A stretch of DNA of 64,000 nucleotides from a bacterium (GTDB lineage Bacteria > Hinthialibacterota > Hinthialibacteria > Hinthialibacterales > Hinthialibacteraceae), in the NCBI GenBank assembly GCA_963663405.2, contig CAXXSM010000110.1, positions 96,001 through 160,000 on the forward strand, in the 5' to 3' direction. The notes beneath the pieces are model-generated. The model was not told where the DNA came from and searched no databases. It saw only the letters and a list, made by a program, of their open reading frames with translations. Both the position numbers and the translations under genes were made by a program. Of the stretch, positions 32,804-43,409 are shown piece after piece; within the stretch, counting starts at the first letter, position 1, and each line of letters begins with the position of its first letter.

Positions 32804-34201
32804 TTAAGAATCATCTTTTGTTAAATGATATTTGTGGAGGAGTTTATACAAGCCCGAACGGGATACACCAGAAATCCGGCACGCCTCTGGAATATCCCCT
32901 TGACATCGTTCCATCACAATTCGTAAATACTCTTCTTCCATCTTGTTCTTATAATCCGATAAATTCATGATTTCTTCGCTGGCATGGTTTCCGACTCGAA
33001 AAGTATCGTCTTTGTTTTTTGGAGAATCAAACGACCTTTTTTTTAGCGCAAGCCGAATTCGATCGGGCAGGTGTTGTGGGTATAACCGGGGGGCGTCGAG
33101 AGAAGAAAAGAAGGCCTTCTCAATCGCATTCTTCAATTCTCGTATATTACCCGGCCAATGATAAGCCATTAATGTTTCGAAAAATTCGGATGAAAAAGAT
33201 TTCAATTCGACGCCGGTTTGTTCGCTCAGTTTGGATGCGTGATGAATGGAGATATCCCGGATATCCTCCTTCCGCTCGCGCAATGGAGGTAACCGCATAA
33301 TAAATGTTTGTAACCGGTAATACAGATCGTTTCTAAAACTCCCCTCCTGAACCATGTCTTCAAGATTCTTATTCGTCGCTGAAACCAACCGGAAATCACA
33401 TGGGATTTCTCGTGCGCTTCCCACAGGCCGGAAGCGCCGTTCTTGCAAAACACGCAAAAACGTTTTCTGGAGATCGGGGGTTAATTCGCCGATTTCATCC
33501 AAAAAGAGTGTGCCACCGTTCGCCTGCGCGATTAAGCCTTCTCTTCGTTTCTCCGCCCCGGTAAACGAACCTTTTTCATGACCGAATAAGAGACTCTCGG
33601 CTAAGGTCTCAGGAAATGAGGCGCAATCGACCGTGACAAAATTACCCGCGATCCGCCGGCTATTATTATGGATCGCCCAGGCGAACAGTTCTTTGCCCGT
33701 GCCGCTTTCTCCGGTGATTAATACGTCCGTTTCGCTGCTGGCGGCCATGGCCAATTGATTTAAACACTGCTTGATTAACGGACTGTTCCCGATGATCCCT
33801 TCCCGGTCCAGAGGAATCGTTTTCTGTTTCTGTTTTTCCTCATGGTGCTGTAACGCCCGCAGAAGCGGAAGTTGGATTGTTTCGATTTCTGCTCCTTTTT
33901 CAATGTAATCCCATGCGCCATGCTGAATCGCTAATTCGGCTCCATCGGAATCGGCGTATCCTGTGATGATAATGATCTCCGGCGAGGAAGCGGTTTCTTT
34001 GATTTGTGGCAGGATCTCCAACCCGTTCCCATCCGGCAACACGACATCCAAAAAGACCACCTCATAGGCATTATTCTTTGCCTTAGTCAGGCCTTCGGAG
34101 AGTGTTTCCGCACAATCACAATCCAATCCCATATTGTTAACAAGATTGGATAGAAACGCGCGCATTGTCTTATCGTCATCGAGAACTAAAATTCGTGGCA
34201 T
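32804..34201 (-). CDS. NtrC-family sigma54-dependent response regulator (REC-AAA+-HTH)
   Basis: ILVLDDD, FLDVVLP; Walker A GESGTGKE; GSFTGA variant of GAFTGA; LFLDEIG; WPGNIREL; C-terminal HTH. Confidence 0.95.
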   Translation of the reverse strand: MPRILVLDDDKTMRAFLSNLVNNMGLDCDCAETLSEGLTKAKNNAYEVVFLDVVLPDGNGLEILPQIKETASSPEIIIITGYADSDGAELAIQHGAWDYIEKGAEIETIQLPLLRALQHHEEKQKQKTIPLDREGIIGNSPLIKQCLNQLAMAASSETDVLITGESGTGKELFAWAIHNNSRRIAGNFVTVDCASFPETLAESLLFGHEKGSFTGAEKRREGLIAQANGGTLFLDEIGELTPDLQKTFLRVLQERRFRPVGSAREIPCDFRLVSATNKNLEDMVQEGSFRNDLYYRLQTFIMRLPPLRERKEDIRDISIHHASKLSEQTGVELKSFSSEFFETLMAYHWPGNIRELKNAIEKAFFSSLDAPRLYPQHLPDRIRLALKKRSFDSPKNKDDTFRVGNHASEEIMNLSDYKNKMEEEYLRIVMERCQGDIPEACRISGVSRSGLYKLLHKYHLTKDDS

Positions 34202-34212
34202 AGCGGTTTTAC

Positions 34213-37200
34213 TTATTCGTTTCCACTCTTTTTGGTTAACAATTTTGATAATACTTGGGACAGTTTCTCTATCGTCAATGGTTTGTACAGCATTTCTTTA
34301 ATTCCCGCCGTCAGGGCAATTTCCGGCGTAATGCGTTCATCATAACCGGTATAAAGAATGATGGGAATGGCAGGTCTGATTTTCAAGATTTCCTTCGAAA
34401 GGTTTAATCCCGTCATGACCGGCATCGTTTGATCGGTCAAGACAAGATCAAACGTGTTGGGAGAATCCCGGAAGGTTTCCAGCGCCTCCATTCCGTTGTG
34501 ACAAATCACGGGGCGATAACCCAATGTTTCGAGCATCCGTCCGACCATCTTGCGCAGCATTTCTTCGTCATCCGCGAATAATATCCGTTCCTGATTCCCC
34601 TGTACAATTGAAGAATCTTCGCGGACCGTTTCTTCTTGGTTCTTCGATGTGGGGAAATAAATGTTGAACGCAGTTCCTTCGCCCAGCGTACTCTCAAATT
34701 CGATTCCACCTTGATGATTCTTCACAATGCCCAATACGACCGAAAGGCCCAAACCAGCGCCTTCGCTTTTGTCTTTGGTCGTAAAGAAGGGATCAAAAAT
34801 CTTCGTCTGGATCTCCTCCGGAATTCCATCTCCCGTATCCCGAATCGATAAACGAACGTACTCACCCGGTTTTAATTCCGCAAGCAGCAATTGTAGTTTT
34901 TCACGGATGACGTAGTCCCGCAATTCGATTTCCAAGATCCCGCCGGTCTCCCGCATCGCATGGGCGGCGTTCGTGCAAAGATTCATGATCACTTGATGGA
35001 TTTGATTTAGATCGGCTGAAATGGCCGCTTCGCTAGCGATTCGCTGTTGGATTTCGATGGATGAAGGCAAGGTCGAGCGCAGCAGTTTAATCGCCTCTTT
35101 TATGACGGGCGCGATGGCTAATGAACTTTTTCGCGTTTCACTCTTCCGGCTGAACGCCAGGATCTGTTTCACCAAGTTTTTCGCCCGCTTTGAAGCCTCC
35201 AGAACGGATTGTAAATTATCTTTTAATTCCTCCCGATCGTCTGTATTCATCGCCAATTGCGTGAATCCCATGACACCCGCGAGTATATTATTGAAATCGT
35301 GAGCGACTCCTCCCGCCAACGTTCCCAGCGCCTCCAATTTCTGCACTTGCAGGAACTGTTTCTCCAATTCCGTCCGTTCTTTTTCCACTTGCTTGCGATC
35401 CGTGATATCCCGGTTGCTGGCTCGATAGCCGATATATTTTCCATTATCGTCATACACCGGCTGACATACATGTTCCAGCCAGCTTTCATTTCCATCCCGC
35501 CGTACGATCCGGAACTCGATGAAATAGTTCGTTTTCTTTTCTTCCTGTTCGCATCGATGGTTCACCCATATTTCCTTATCCTCTGGATGCACTATCTTAT
35601 CGATTAACGCAGGATTATTGATATACTCTTCCGGTTTATACGATGAGATTCGTTCACACGAAGGAGAAATGTAGGTCACGCTTCCATCTGGCGATATCCA
35701 ATATTCCCAGTCAAATGTGAAATCAGCGACCGTGCGAAATTTGCTTTCGCTATCATGTAATTCTTGTTCGTATCTCTTTTGCTCCGTGATATCGTCAAAA
35801 ACAGCGATGACCTCGCCGCTAGGCAGTTTGAAGAGATAGTTTTCAACCCAAATTTGTATAATATCGTCTTCATATTGAGTGAGTGGCAGTGTTTCCGGTT
35901 TCCCGGTTCTCCACACTCGTTGTAACGCGTCAAAAATCCCCATCTCTTTGACACTGGGATACATCTCATGAATACTCTTGCCGATATGATCTTCACGGGT
36001 TCTTTTTCCAATTCGACACCCAGCGATGTTGATGTCTTTGAAAGTGAAATCGTTCCCGTTATCAATCGCTTCGTACACAGCCACCCCGGATGCCATATGA
36101 TCGACGATCTCATGAAATTGCCGCTCACTTTCGCGCAGCGCTATTTCGGCTTTCTTGCGCTCGGTTGTATCCAGTCCAAATTCAACCAACGCGGTGACGG
36201 CTCCCTTCTCATTTAAGACTGGATACCCACGGATATGCCAAAATCGTCCATCCGGAGTTTGCGTATCGCTTTGCTGAGGAGTTTTTGTATCCCGCGCTTT
36301 TAACACAGGACAATCTTCGCAAGGCTCACTGCGTTGACCCCAAATTTCATAACAATGAAGTCCAACCAATTCTTTTTTCGTTTTGCCGACCGATTCACCC
36401 GCGGCGCGGTTGGCCCAGATGACGCGTAAATCGAGATTGTAGTAGGCTACCATTTCGGAAGTGGAGTTTAAGATGATATTCTTCTGCCGTTCACTTTCCC
36501 GAAGGGACTCCTCAGCCTGCTTGCGCTCTGTGATGTCGTAATTGATTCCAATCATCCGGACTGGATTGCCCTCTTCGTCCTCTATCACGAGGGCGTTCGC
36601 CTTGATGTAACGAATATCGCCATCAGGCCGAATTATACGGAATTCCGTGTCAAATTCTTGCCCTTCCTTGACCGCCGCTTCAACTTCCTCATTCACTCGT
36701 TCTAGATCTTCCGGATGAACTCCCTTTTGCCATTCTTCATATACGTCTTCAAAATTCTCCGGAGAAATTCCATACAGCTGGAACATCCAATGATCCCACG
36801 TCAATCGATTATGAACGATATCAAGATCCCATACGCCAATCCCCGCGGAATCTGCAGCCAGTTTCATCTTTCGAGTCTCGTGCAATAAGGTTTCTTCCGC
36901 CCGCCTGCGCTCGGTGATATCTGTTAATGCCGCAACCATGCCGATAACCGATCCCGTAAGGTCTTTTAGAGGCGCGGCATTAATGGAAAGTAAGACTCGA
37001 CGGCCACCAGGAAACTCGATCGCGTGTTCAATTTCATAGACGGGCATGCCTGTCCTTCGGACAATGTTAAATGGCAGTTGCTCCTCCGGAAAGTCTTCCC
37101 CTTTAGGATCAGAAATCCTCCATTCGGGGTCGTTATAAGCGCGTTTTGTGATTTTATCCTGAGTCAAACCCAGCAAAGTTTCTGCCTCGGAATTCGCAAA

Positions 37201-40200
37201 GTTGATCCGTCCTTCGATATCGACGAAGGTGATTGCGACCGGGCTCGTAGTCGTGATCATTTCGAGCAAGTTATGTTTTTCACGAAGTTCATCCATGGTC
37301 AACCGCAACTGCGCGGCTGTTTCTTTCTCCCGCTCCTCCGCTCGTTTGCGGTCCGTGATGTCTTGGAAACTTCCAATTAACTTGACTGTTTTTCCATCTT
37401 TGATTTGAGGTTGGCAAATGGTGCGAGTCCATAACTCATTCCCTTTTGCGTTAATGAAGCGTAATTCCATGTCATAAGGTTCACCATGGTCTATAGACCG
37501 TTGAATCGCTTGTGATAATCGGTCACGATCGCCGGGATGGAAAAAGTTAATGGCTTCTTCTAATGGAGGAATGTGATCCATGGGGACTTCATGTATGCGG
37601 TATGTCTCATTTGTCCATTGAACTTCAAGCGTTTGGATATCGACTTCCCATCCACCCACGCGCGCCATACGGCCGGTCGCATCGAGGAGTGCTTCACTTT
37701 TTCTTAATGCCTCTTCGGTTTGCTTACGCTGGGTTACGTCGCGAAAGATACCCATGGCGCCTTGTATATCATTTATCGTTAGGAGAGAACAATTGATATC
37801 CGCATAAAAAACAGAACCATCTTTTCTTTTTACGGGCATATCTATGGCGAGTTGAATCTCTCCATTAACTTGTTTTCTAAACTGCTCGAGAACATACTCT
37901 ACACTGTCCTCTGGATGAATATCTTTAACGCTTAGTTCCAACAGTTCAGCGTGGGAATAGCCAAGCATTTGACACATGGCGTGATTGGCGTCAAGAAATT
38001 TTTCTGTTTTTGGATCGGCCAGTAGAAAACCATCCATCGCGCCGTCGTAAATCGATTTCAATCGCGCTTCACTTTCTTGCAAAGCCGTTTCAGCCCGCTT
38101 GTTATTTACAACACTATTTACACTTGTTAGGAAAGAAGTAACTTGAGAGACATCATCTTGATTGTAATTCGATCGGCAGTTAGCCACACCCGCAACAGAG
38201 ATGATTTTTCCACTGGCGATATAAGGAACGACCAATAGATTGGTTAACGGTACGTGACCGTCTGGTAATCCCATTTTTGCTGGATGGCTGGCGGGATAAT
38301 CATTTAATATAAAAGGCTTTCTATGCCGGATCGCCTCTGCCCACACACCAGCTTCGCCGATAGGAAAGTCGACGGGCTTATCCACCATTGTACATTGTTC
38401 CATGGCGGCGCCATTCCACGAGTGGATGGTCATTACCGTTTCATCCGCATTGAGAAAACCGTAAAATCCAAATTGACTGCCGGTCATCTCCACAATTGTT
38501 TGAAGGACATGATCGCAGATTGTTTTAAAATTAGACTCTGATAAGGAAGCGACGCTCCAGAGCGCTCTTAATCGCGCTTCGCTTTTTTGTAACGTGAATT
38601 CCGCCTGTTTCCGCGCGGTGATATCCTGAGCGAAGGCGAATTCCAATTCTTCCTCCTCGTAGTTGATATAATGGCCTATCACTTCTCTATAAATCGTTTT
38701 CCCACTAGAGGTTTGATGCTTCGTTTCAAAAATCAGCGTACCTTCCTTTTTTTGCCTTTCCCAATGCGCTTGTCTCGCTTCTTCCGGATAATTCGGATCA
38801 ACGTCGTGTACGTTCTTTCCAATAAGTTCCTCAAGGGGATAACCGAGTTCTTCCGCAGCCTTTTTATTCACATGTAAAAACCGGCCTTCCGGTGTAATCC
38901 AAAAAATACTGACAGAAGCGTTTTCAATACAATACTCCATCAAATGCTTGGATCGTTCCGCCGCTTTTTTCTCGGTGATATCGGTGGCGAGGGAAAGTAT
39001 ATAAGATTGACCTTCCATTTCAATCAATTCAGCGGAATAGAGGCAGATTCCCGTAGATCCATCCGCTCTCGTAAAATCTAATTCTAGATCCTTGACGCGT
39101 CCTTCCGCTTCCAGGAGTGTAAAAAACATCTCCCTATCTTTGGATTTCAATAATCCCAATTCGGTGGATGTCGCGCCAATAGTCTGATCGCGGCTGTAAC
39201 CGGTGAAACGAACGAAGGTGTCGTTTACGTCTAGACAGCGTCCATCTTTGAACGAACTGATCACCATTAGAATTGGCGCGTTGTGAAAAGCCTTTGAGAA
39301 TTTCTCCTCTGAAGATCGTAACTCATTCTCAATTTTTTTACGATCAGTGATATCGGTTAACATCGCAAATGAGCCAACAAAATCTCCTTGTTGGTCATGC
39401 TGCGCCGTAGCCGAAACATTTGCCCAAAGAATCGATCCGTCCTTCCGCTTGAATCGCCTCTCATAAACACTGTCTTGACCATTCACCCGCAAGGTCATTT
39501 GTTCTTCATGATCGGCTAGATCCTCCGGAAGCATAAAACTACTCAATTGCCTGCCCAGCATTTCCTCTTTTTTATACCCTAACATCTCAGTCATTCGGTG
39601 ATTGACGTACGTCGTACGTTGCTGCGTGTCTATAACCCAAATCCCCTCGTGGGCGGTCTCCGCTATTTGACGATATTTCTCTTCGCTGGCTTTCAATGCG
39701 TTCCGGATCTCTCGATCGCGATTAGCCAAACGTTCCGCCCAGATCATCGCCCCGCAGGTCTGAGTCAACGGTCTAACAAACTCAGCGATTTCTTCGGTAT
39801 AGCCCTCCGGACGATTGGCGACACCCGCCACACCTATGATTTTTCCGGCGAAAAATAATGGGATTCCCATGAAACTGGTTATGGATGGATGCCCTGGGGG
39901 AATTCCTCGAAAACGAGGATGCTGCGGAGCCTCGTTGGCGATTATGGTCTTTCCTTCAAGTACCGGCGCTCCAGCAAGATTGTCCAAATTCCGAAATTCC
40001 AGGTTCCGTTCAACCAGTTCTTTATATATACGGTGAGAATCATCATCCCAAGAGATAGCAGATAGGGCTAAACTTAATTTGTACGGGGAACCGTCGGAAT
40101 CAAACAACACTTCATCCAAAAAACCATATTCGCTGTTTGTCGATTCGACCAGAATATGCAATAACTCTTGATAGACCTTACGAGGATCCTCCCCCGAAAT

Positions 40201-42195
40201 AAACAGATCCTGGGCTGCGCGGATTGAATTCGATAAATTTCTTTCTTTTTGGAGTGTATCCTCAGTCTGTTTATATTGAGTGATATCATGAGCAAAAATC
40301 GCCAATCGGGATACTTGTCCAAGGTCATTGGGAATGGGAGCTGAATAACTACTGAAATATATGCCCTTTCGGATATCTTCGAAATGGTGAGGCTTTCCGG
40401 AATGAATAACTTCTTCCATGTGTTTACGCCTGACACTAGCAATTTCCGGCGGTAGAAAATCATAAACACAATGATCAATCAAATCTTCGCTCTGGAGTCC
40501 CATGCGATCAGCAAAAACACGATTGCAATTTAAAACGACGCCTTGCGTGTCTATCAAAAACGCGGATTCCGGACTGGCGTTGAGCAGAGCGGAGAGTGAA
40601 TTTTCGCTTTCCCGCAGCGCCTCCTCCGCTTGCTTGCGTTTGGTGATATCGGTATTTATCCCCACCATTCCAACCGGTTGATTTTTGTCATCCCGTACGA
40701 GTTGAACCCGGCAATCAAAAATGATTTCCTGACCGTCATCCCGGTAATTGACGATTTCACCGCTCCACTCCCCCTGTGCCAATGTTGTTTCAATAATCTC
40801 TTTCTGCGTGGCTCCACGTGCTGAATCCTCTCCATACAATTGAACGTGTTGTCCAATAAGCTCTTCCCGGGTTTTTTCAAACTTCATGCACTGCGCTTGA
40901 TTGACGTAGGTGATATTGCCTTCTAAATCCGTCGCCGTAATTGCGTCTTGTATCTGATCCAACAGCATGGATTGGAAACGAAGTTCTTGTTCCTTCTGCT
41001 TCCGTTCAGTGATATCCCGCGCGACACCAATGATTTCTTTTAACCTTCCATTCTCGTCAAATAGGGGGGTAGTACGGATCTCAGCATTAAATTTTGTTGC
41101 GTCTTTTCTTGTACAAATGAGTTCCATGGAAATGCCTTGATCGCCGAATTTCCCATCAATTCTCTGTTGAATCGATTCTCTGGCTAGCGCCGCGCTCTCG
41201 TTGTCGAGTATCAAATCTATCGGTTGTCCCGTCACCTCGCTTGGCTCAAAGCCGAACATCTTTCTTACGGAATGGCTGGCAAAAATAATCATGCCGTCCG
41301 GAGCAATTTTCCATACCGAGTCACTCGTATTCTCAACGAGAGTACGATATCGCTCTTCACTCATCCGCAATTCTTCGTCGAGCCGGCTTTTCCCTGTGAT
41401 ATCCCGTACGATTCCCATCACCGATTCGACTTTTCCGGATACAACCTTGGGAATCGCATTGACCTCTACATCCATTTCTCTGCCAGTTTTGGTGAGCAGC
41501 CGGTTGCGGTAGTTCTGTATTTTTTCTCCTTGCAAAACTTGATTTAATTTTTCACGAGTCCTTTCCTGATAATCCGGGTGTACAATCTCAAGGAGATGTT
41601 TCCCGATATACTCTTTTTTTGTATATCCCAATTGATCCAGTTCGGATTGGTTGGAATCAATGATATATCCCTGATCGTCAATGATATGTATCATTTCAAC
41701 CGCATTACCAAACAAAGCGCGGTATGATGAATTAAGATCGTTTAATTTGTTGACGGTAGCCAGCTCTCTTTTTCGGCTTCGATAGATAACCTCCGATGTC
41801 AAAAGGATCGTGAGAATAAAGATCGTAGCCGTTTGAGACTGCGTCACAAAAGCGCCCCCTATAATATAAAGCGTTCCAATACAGGTCAGATAAAAGATCA
41901 CTGAGGCGCTAACATAATAAAATCGGGTGAAATGATAAGAGAAATATAGAATGGGAGGGATTAGTAAAATTAGACACTCATCCAGTATCGAGAATTTCGT
42001 CAATCTCCATAGTAGAATCAATAAACAGGCAAATGTGATGGAATACAGTAGATAATAGAACAAGACCCAGTTTTCAGAATTTCGAACTTGATTCGTTTCT
42101 CGCTTTTTTTCAATGTCCATGGTGATACGCTCCCATTCATCGATGCAATTTCCAAGACGCAGAAATCCAAAGCGTTTCATTTTTACCATTAACAC
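34213..42195 (-). CDS. Giant hybrid sensor kinase: TM region, 14 PAS, 2 GAF, HisKA, HATPase, REC (start may be ATG 42120)
   Basis: 14 PAS/PAC units counted by D(I/V/T)T ends; GGVAHDFNN; DPFFTTK; receiver FADDE...LTDQTMP. Confidence 0.93.
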   Translation of the reverse strand: MLMVKMKRFGFLRLGNCIDEWERITMDIEKKRETNQVRNSENWVLFYYLLYSITFACLLILLWRLTKFSILDECLILLIPPILYFSYHFTRFYYVSASVIFYLTCIGTLYIIGGAFVTQSQTATIFILTILLTSEVIYRSRKRELATVNKLNDLNSSYRALFGNAVEMIHIIDDQGYIIDSNQSELDQLGYTKKEYIGKHLLEIVHPDYQERTREKLNQVLQGEKIQNYRNRLLTKTGREMDVEVNAIPKVVSGKVESVMGIVRDITGKSRLDEELRMSEERYRTLVENTSDSVWKIAPDGMIIFASHSVRKMFGFEPSEVTGQPIDLILDNESAALARESIQQRIDGKFGDQGISMELICTRKDATKFNAEIRTTPLFDENGRLKEIIGVARDITERKQKEQELRFQSMLLDQIQDAITATDLEGNITYVNQAQCMKFEKTREELIGQHVQLYGEDSARGATQKEIIETTLAQGEWSGEIVNYRDDGQEIIFDCRVQLVRDDKNQPVGMVGINTDITKRKQAEEALRESENSLSALLNASPESAFLIDTQGVVLNCNRVFADRMGLQSEDLIDHCVYDFLPPEIASVRRKHMEEVIHSGKPHHFEDIRKGIYFSSYSAPIPNDLGQVSRLAIFAHDITQYKQTEDTLQKERNLSNSIRAAQDLFISGEDPRKVYQELLHILVESTNSEYGFLDEVLFDSDGSPYKLSLALSAISWDDDSHRIYKELVERNLEFRNLDNLAGAPVLEGKTIIANEAPQHPRFRGIPPGHPSITSFMGIPLFFAGKIIGVAGVANRPEGYTEEIAEFVRPLTQTCGAMIWAERLANRDREIRNALKASEEKYRQIAETAHEGIWVIDTQQRTTYVNHRMTEMLGYKKEEMLGRQLSSFMLPEDLADHEEQMTLRVNGQDSVYERRFKRKDGSILWANVSATAQHDQQGDFVGSFAMLTDITDRKKIENELRSSEEKFSKAFHNAPILMVISSFKDGRCLDVNDTFVRFTGYSRDQTIGATSTELGLLKSKDREMFFTLLEAEGRVKDLELDFTRADGSTGICLYSAELIEMEGQSYILSLATDITEKKAAERSKHLMEYCIENASVSIFWITPEGRFLHVNKKAAEELGYPLEELIGKNVHDVDPNYPEEARQAHWERQKKEGTLIFETKHQTSSGKTIYREVIGHYINYEEEELEFAFAQDITARKQAEFTLQKSEARLRALWSVASLSESNFKTICDHVLQTIVEMTGSQFGFYGFLNADETVMTIHSWNGAAMEQCTMVDKPVDFPIGEAGVWAEAIRHRKPFILNDYPASHPAKMGLPDGHVPLTNLLVVPYIASGKIISVAGVANCRSNYNQDDVSQVTSFLTSVNSVVNNKRAETALQESEARLKSIYDGAMDGFLLADPKTEKFLDANHAMCQMLGYSHAELLELSVKDIHPEDSVEYVLEQFRKQVNGEIQLAIDMPVKRKDGSVFYADINCSLLTINDIQGAMGIFRDVTQRKQTEEALRKSEALLDATGRMARVGGWEVDIQTLEVQWTNETYRIHEVPMDHIPPLEEAINFFHPGDRDRLSQAIQRSIDHGEPYDMELRFINAKGNELWTRTICQPQIKDGKTVKLIGSFQDITDRKRAEEREKETAAQLRLTMDELREKHNLLEMITTTSPVAITFVDIEGRINFANSEAETLLGLTQDKITKRAYNDPEWRISDPKGEDFPEEQLPFNIVRRTGMPVYEIEHAIEFPGGRRVLLSINAAPLKDLTGSVIGMVAALTDITERRRAEETLLHETRKMKLAADSAGIGVWDLDIVHNRLTWDHWMFQLYGISPENFEDVYEEWQKGVHPEDLERVNEEVEAAVKEGQEFDTEFRIIRPDGDIRYIKANALVIEDEEGNPVRMIGINYDITERKQAEESLRESERQKNIILNSTSEMVAYYNLDLRVIWANRAAGESVGKTKKELVGLHCYEIWGQRSEPCEDCPVLKARDTKTPQQSDTQTPDGRFWHIRGYPVLNEKGAVTALVEFGLDTTERKKAEIALRESERQFHEIVDHMASGVAVYEAIDNGNDFTFKDINIAGCRIGKRTREDHIGKSIHEMYPSVKEMGIFDALQRVWRTGKPETLPLTQYEDDIIQIWVENYLFKLPSGEVIAVFDDITEQKRYEQELHDSESKFRTVADFTFDWEYWISPDGSVTYISPSCERISSYKPEEYINNPALIDKIVHPEDKEIWVNHRCEQEEKKTNYFIEFRIVRRDGNESWLEHVCQPVYDDNGKYIGYRASNRDITDRKQVEKERTELEKQFLQVQKLEALGTLAGGVAHDFNNILAGVMGFTQLAMNTDDREELKDNLQSVLEASKRAKNLVKQILAFSRKSETRKSSLAIAPVIKEAIKLLRSTLPSSIEIQQRIASEAAISADLNQIHQVIMNLCTNAAHAMRETGGILEIELRDYVIREKLQLLLAELKPGEYVRLSIRDTGDGIPEEIQTKIFDPFFTTKDKSEGAGLGLSVVLGIVKNHQGGIEFESTLGEGTAFNIYFPTSKNQEETVREDSSIVQGNQERILFADDEEMLRKMVGRMLETLGYRPVICHNGMEALETFRDSPNTFDLVLTDQTMPVMTGLNLSKEILKIRPAIPIILYTGYDERITPEIALTAGIKEMLYKPLTIEKLSQVLSKLLTKKSGNE

Positions 42196-42488
42196 CGGTT
42201 TGACGCCGATTTATGTGATGAATTCACCATCAAAGAAACACAGGAATTATAATGTTTCAGTTTATAGAAAACGAAGGTTGAGTTTCAAGTATACAAGGCC
42301 TGGATGCGTCTGAGGAAGCGGTTCCCAGGGAACCTACCTCAAGATTGGATTATAGCACGGTATGGATAGGTCACGGTCAGTTAATCCTCTCGAATGACCA
42401 CGGTTCCTTTTCTCCGAATGAAATCGTAGTAGAGTTAATGCAAGACTCATAAGAGATCGGAGGTCGTTCAATCTTCTTTCAGACATTC

Positions 42489-42806
42489 TGCAGCTGTTAT
42501 GGGCGAATCGGTCCACTGCTAATCGCTTGACGTTATTGATGTTATATCATATGATCCCTTTTCAATACAGACTCGTATATGGGACCTTGATGGACGTAAT
42601 TCATGTAGCAATTCCATTGATTCTCAAGGATCTTATACTCTCAACTCGTTGAGTAGGAAGGAATCTGATCCAAAGATTACGTAATTTCTTTGGACAACAT
42701 GAGTAAAGGGAAGATGAGATTCGATTTTTACATGATCGAATTTTCCAGTTGGAAACGGAATTGAAAATTTACAGCGGCCAACGAAAGAGAAAAATCATAA
42801 ACCACG
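42489..42806 (+). mobile_element. IS481-like left-end remnant 1
   Basis: Left IR TGCAGCTGTTATGGGCGAATCGGTCCAC; decayed frame MDVIHVAIPLILK...HDRIFQLETELKI with stops, homologous to the element at 51411. Confidence 0.8.
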
Positions 42807-42868
42807 TGCTTATGACGGTTGAAAAAGCGTCTTTTAAATCCAGTCCGAGAACACTTTCTCATTTTTAT

Positions 42869-42891
42869 TTTGCCCAAATTTTGCCCAAATT
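42869..42891 (+). repeat. Tandem TTTGCCCAAAT repeat (integrase arm-type-like), left of the tRNA-Trp fragment
   Basis: TTTGCCCAAATTTTGCCCAAATT; near copy at 43115-43136. Confidence 0.6.
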
Positions 42892-43013
42892 CCGGGGAAC
42901 AATAAGTAAACAAGGGTAAAAATGGTGATATTCAGAAGAAGGAGAATTGGTCATAATGTTTTGAATTTATTTACTTTAAACTACTTATTGTTACCTATAG
43001 TTACTTGCTGGTT

Positions 43014-43063
43014 ACGGACTCCAAATCAGTAGGTTGGAGATTCGAGTCTTTTCACACCTACCA
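43014..43063 (+). pseudogene. Degenerate 3' half of tRNA-Trp(CCA), att-site scar
   Basis: ACGGA-CTCCAAA-TCAGT anticodon arm, TTCGAGT T-loop, ends ACCA; no 5' half; T-stem mutated. Confidence 0.65.
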
Positions 43064-43114
43064 CTGAATTTACTCGACTTCATTATAATCAATCAATTAT
43101 AGGCAATATGATCC

Positions 43115-43136
43115 TTGCCTAAAATTTGCCCAAATT
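43115..43136 (+). repeat. Tandem TTGCC(T/C)AAA repeat, right of the tRNA-Trp fragment
   Basis: TTGCCTAAAATTTGCCCAAATT. Confidence 0.6.
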
Positions 43137-43244
43137 ATTGCTCCCTATTATTACTCCCTATTATTACTCATTTATCATTGGTAAAAAACTATCCAAGTTA
43201 TCACGAGAGCGTAACAGGGCCAAAATCCCCACCTCTTTTCAATC

Positions 43245-43409
43245 GTCCAGCGAGCAACAATATAATAGCCTTCAAGATCAATGAAAACGCCACTTGAATT
43301 CCATCCATAGTGATCCCATTTACGAGTATTTATCAGAATGTGACACTATGACATAACGATAATGTTGTCAAGCATTTAGTGGTGGTCCGATTCGCAGTTG
43401 ACAGGTACA
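43245..43409 (-). mobile_element. IS481-like left-end remnant 2, abutting and truncating remnant 3
   Basis: Minus strand TGTACCTGTCAACTGCGAATCGGACCAC, TTGACA, then ATGGATGGAATTCAAGTGGCG. Confidence 0.75.

Noticed and set aside
43014-43063. Functional tRNA-Trp gene
   Set aside because: No 5' half or D-arm, and the T-stem is broken.
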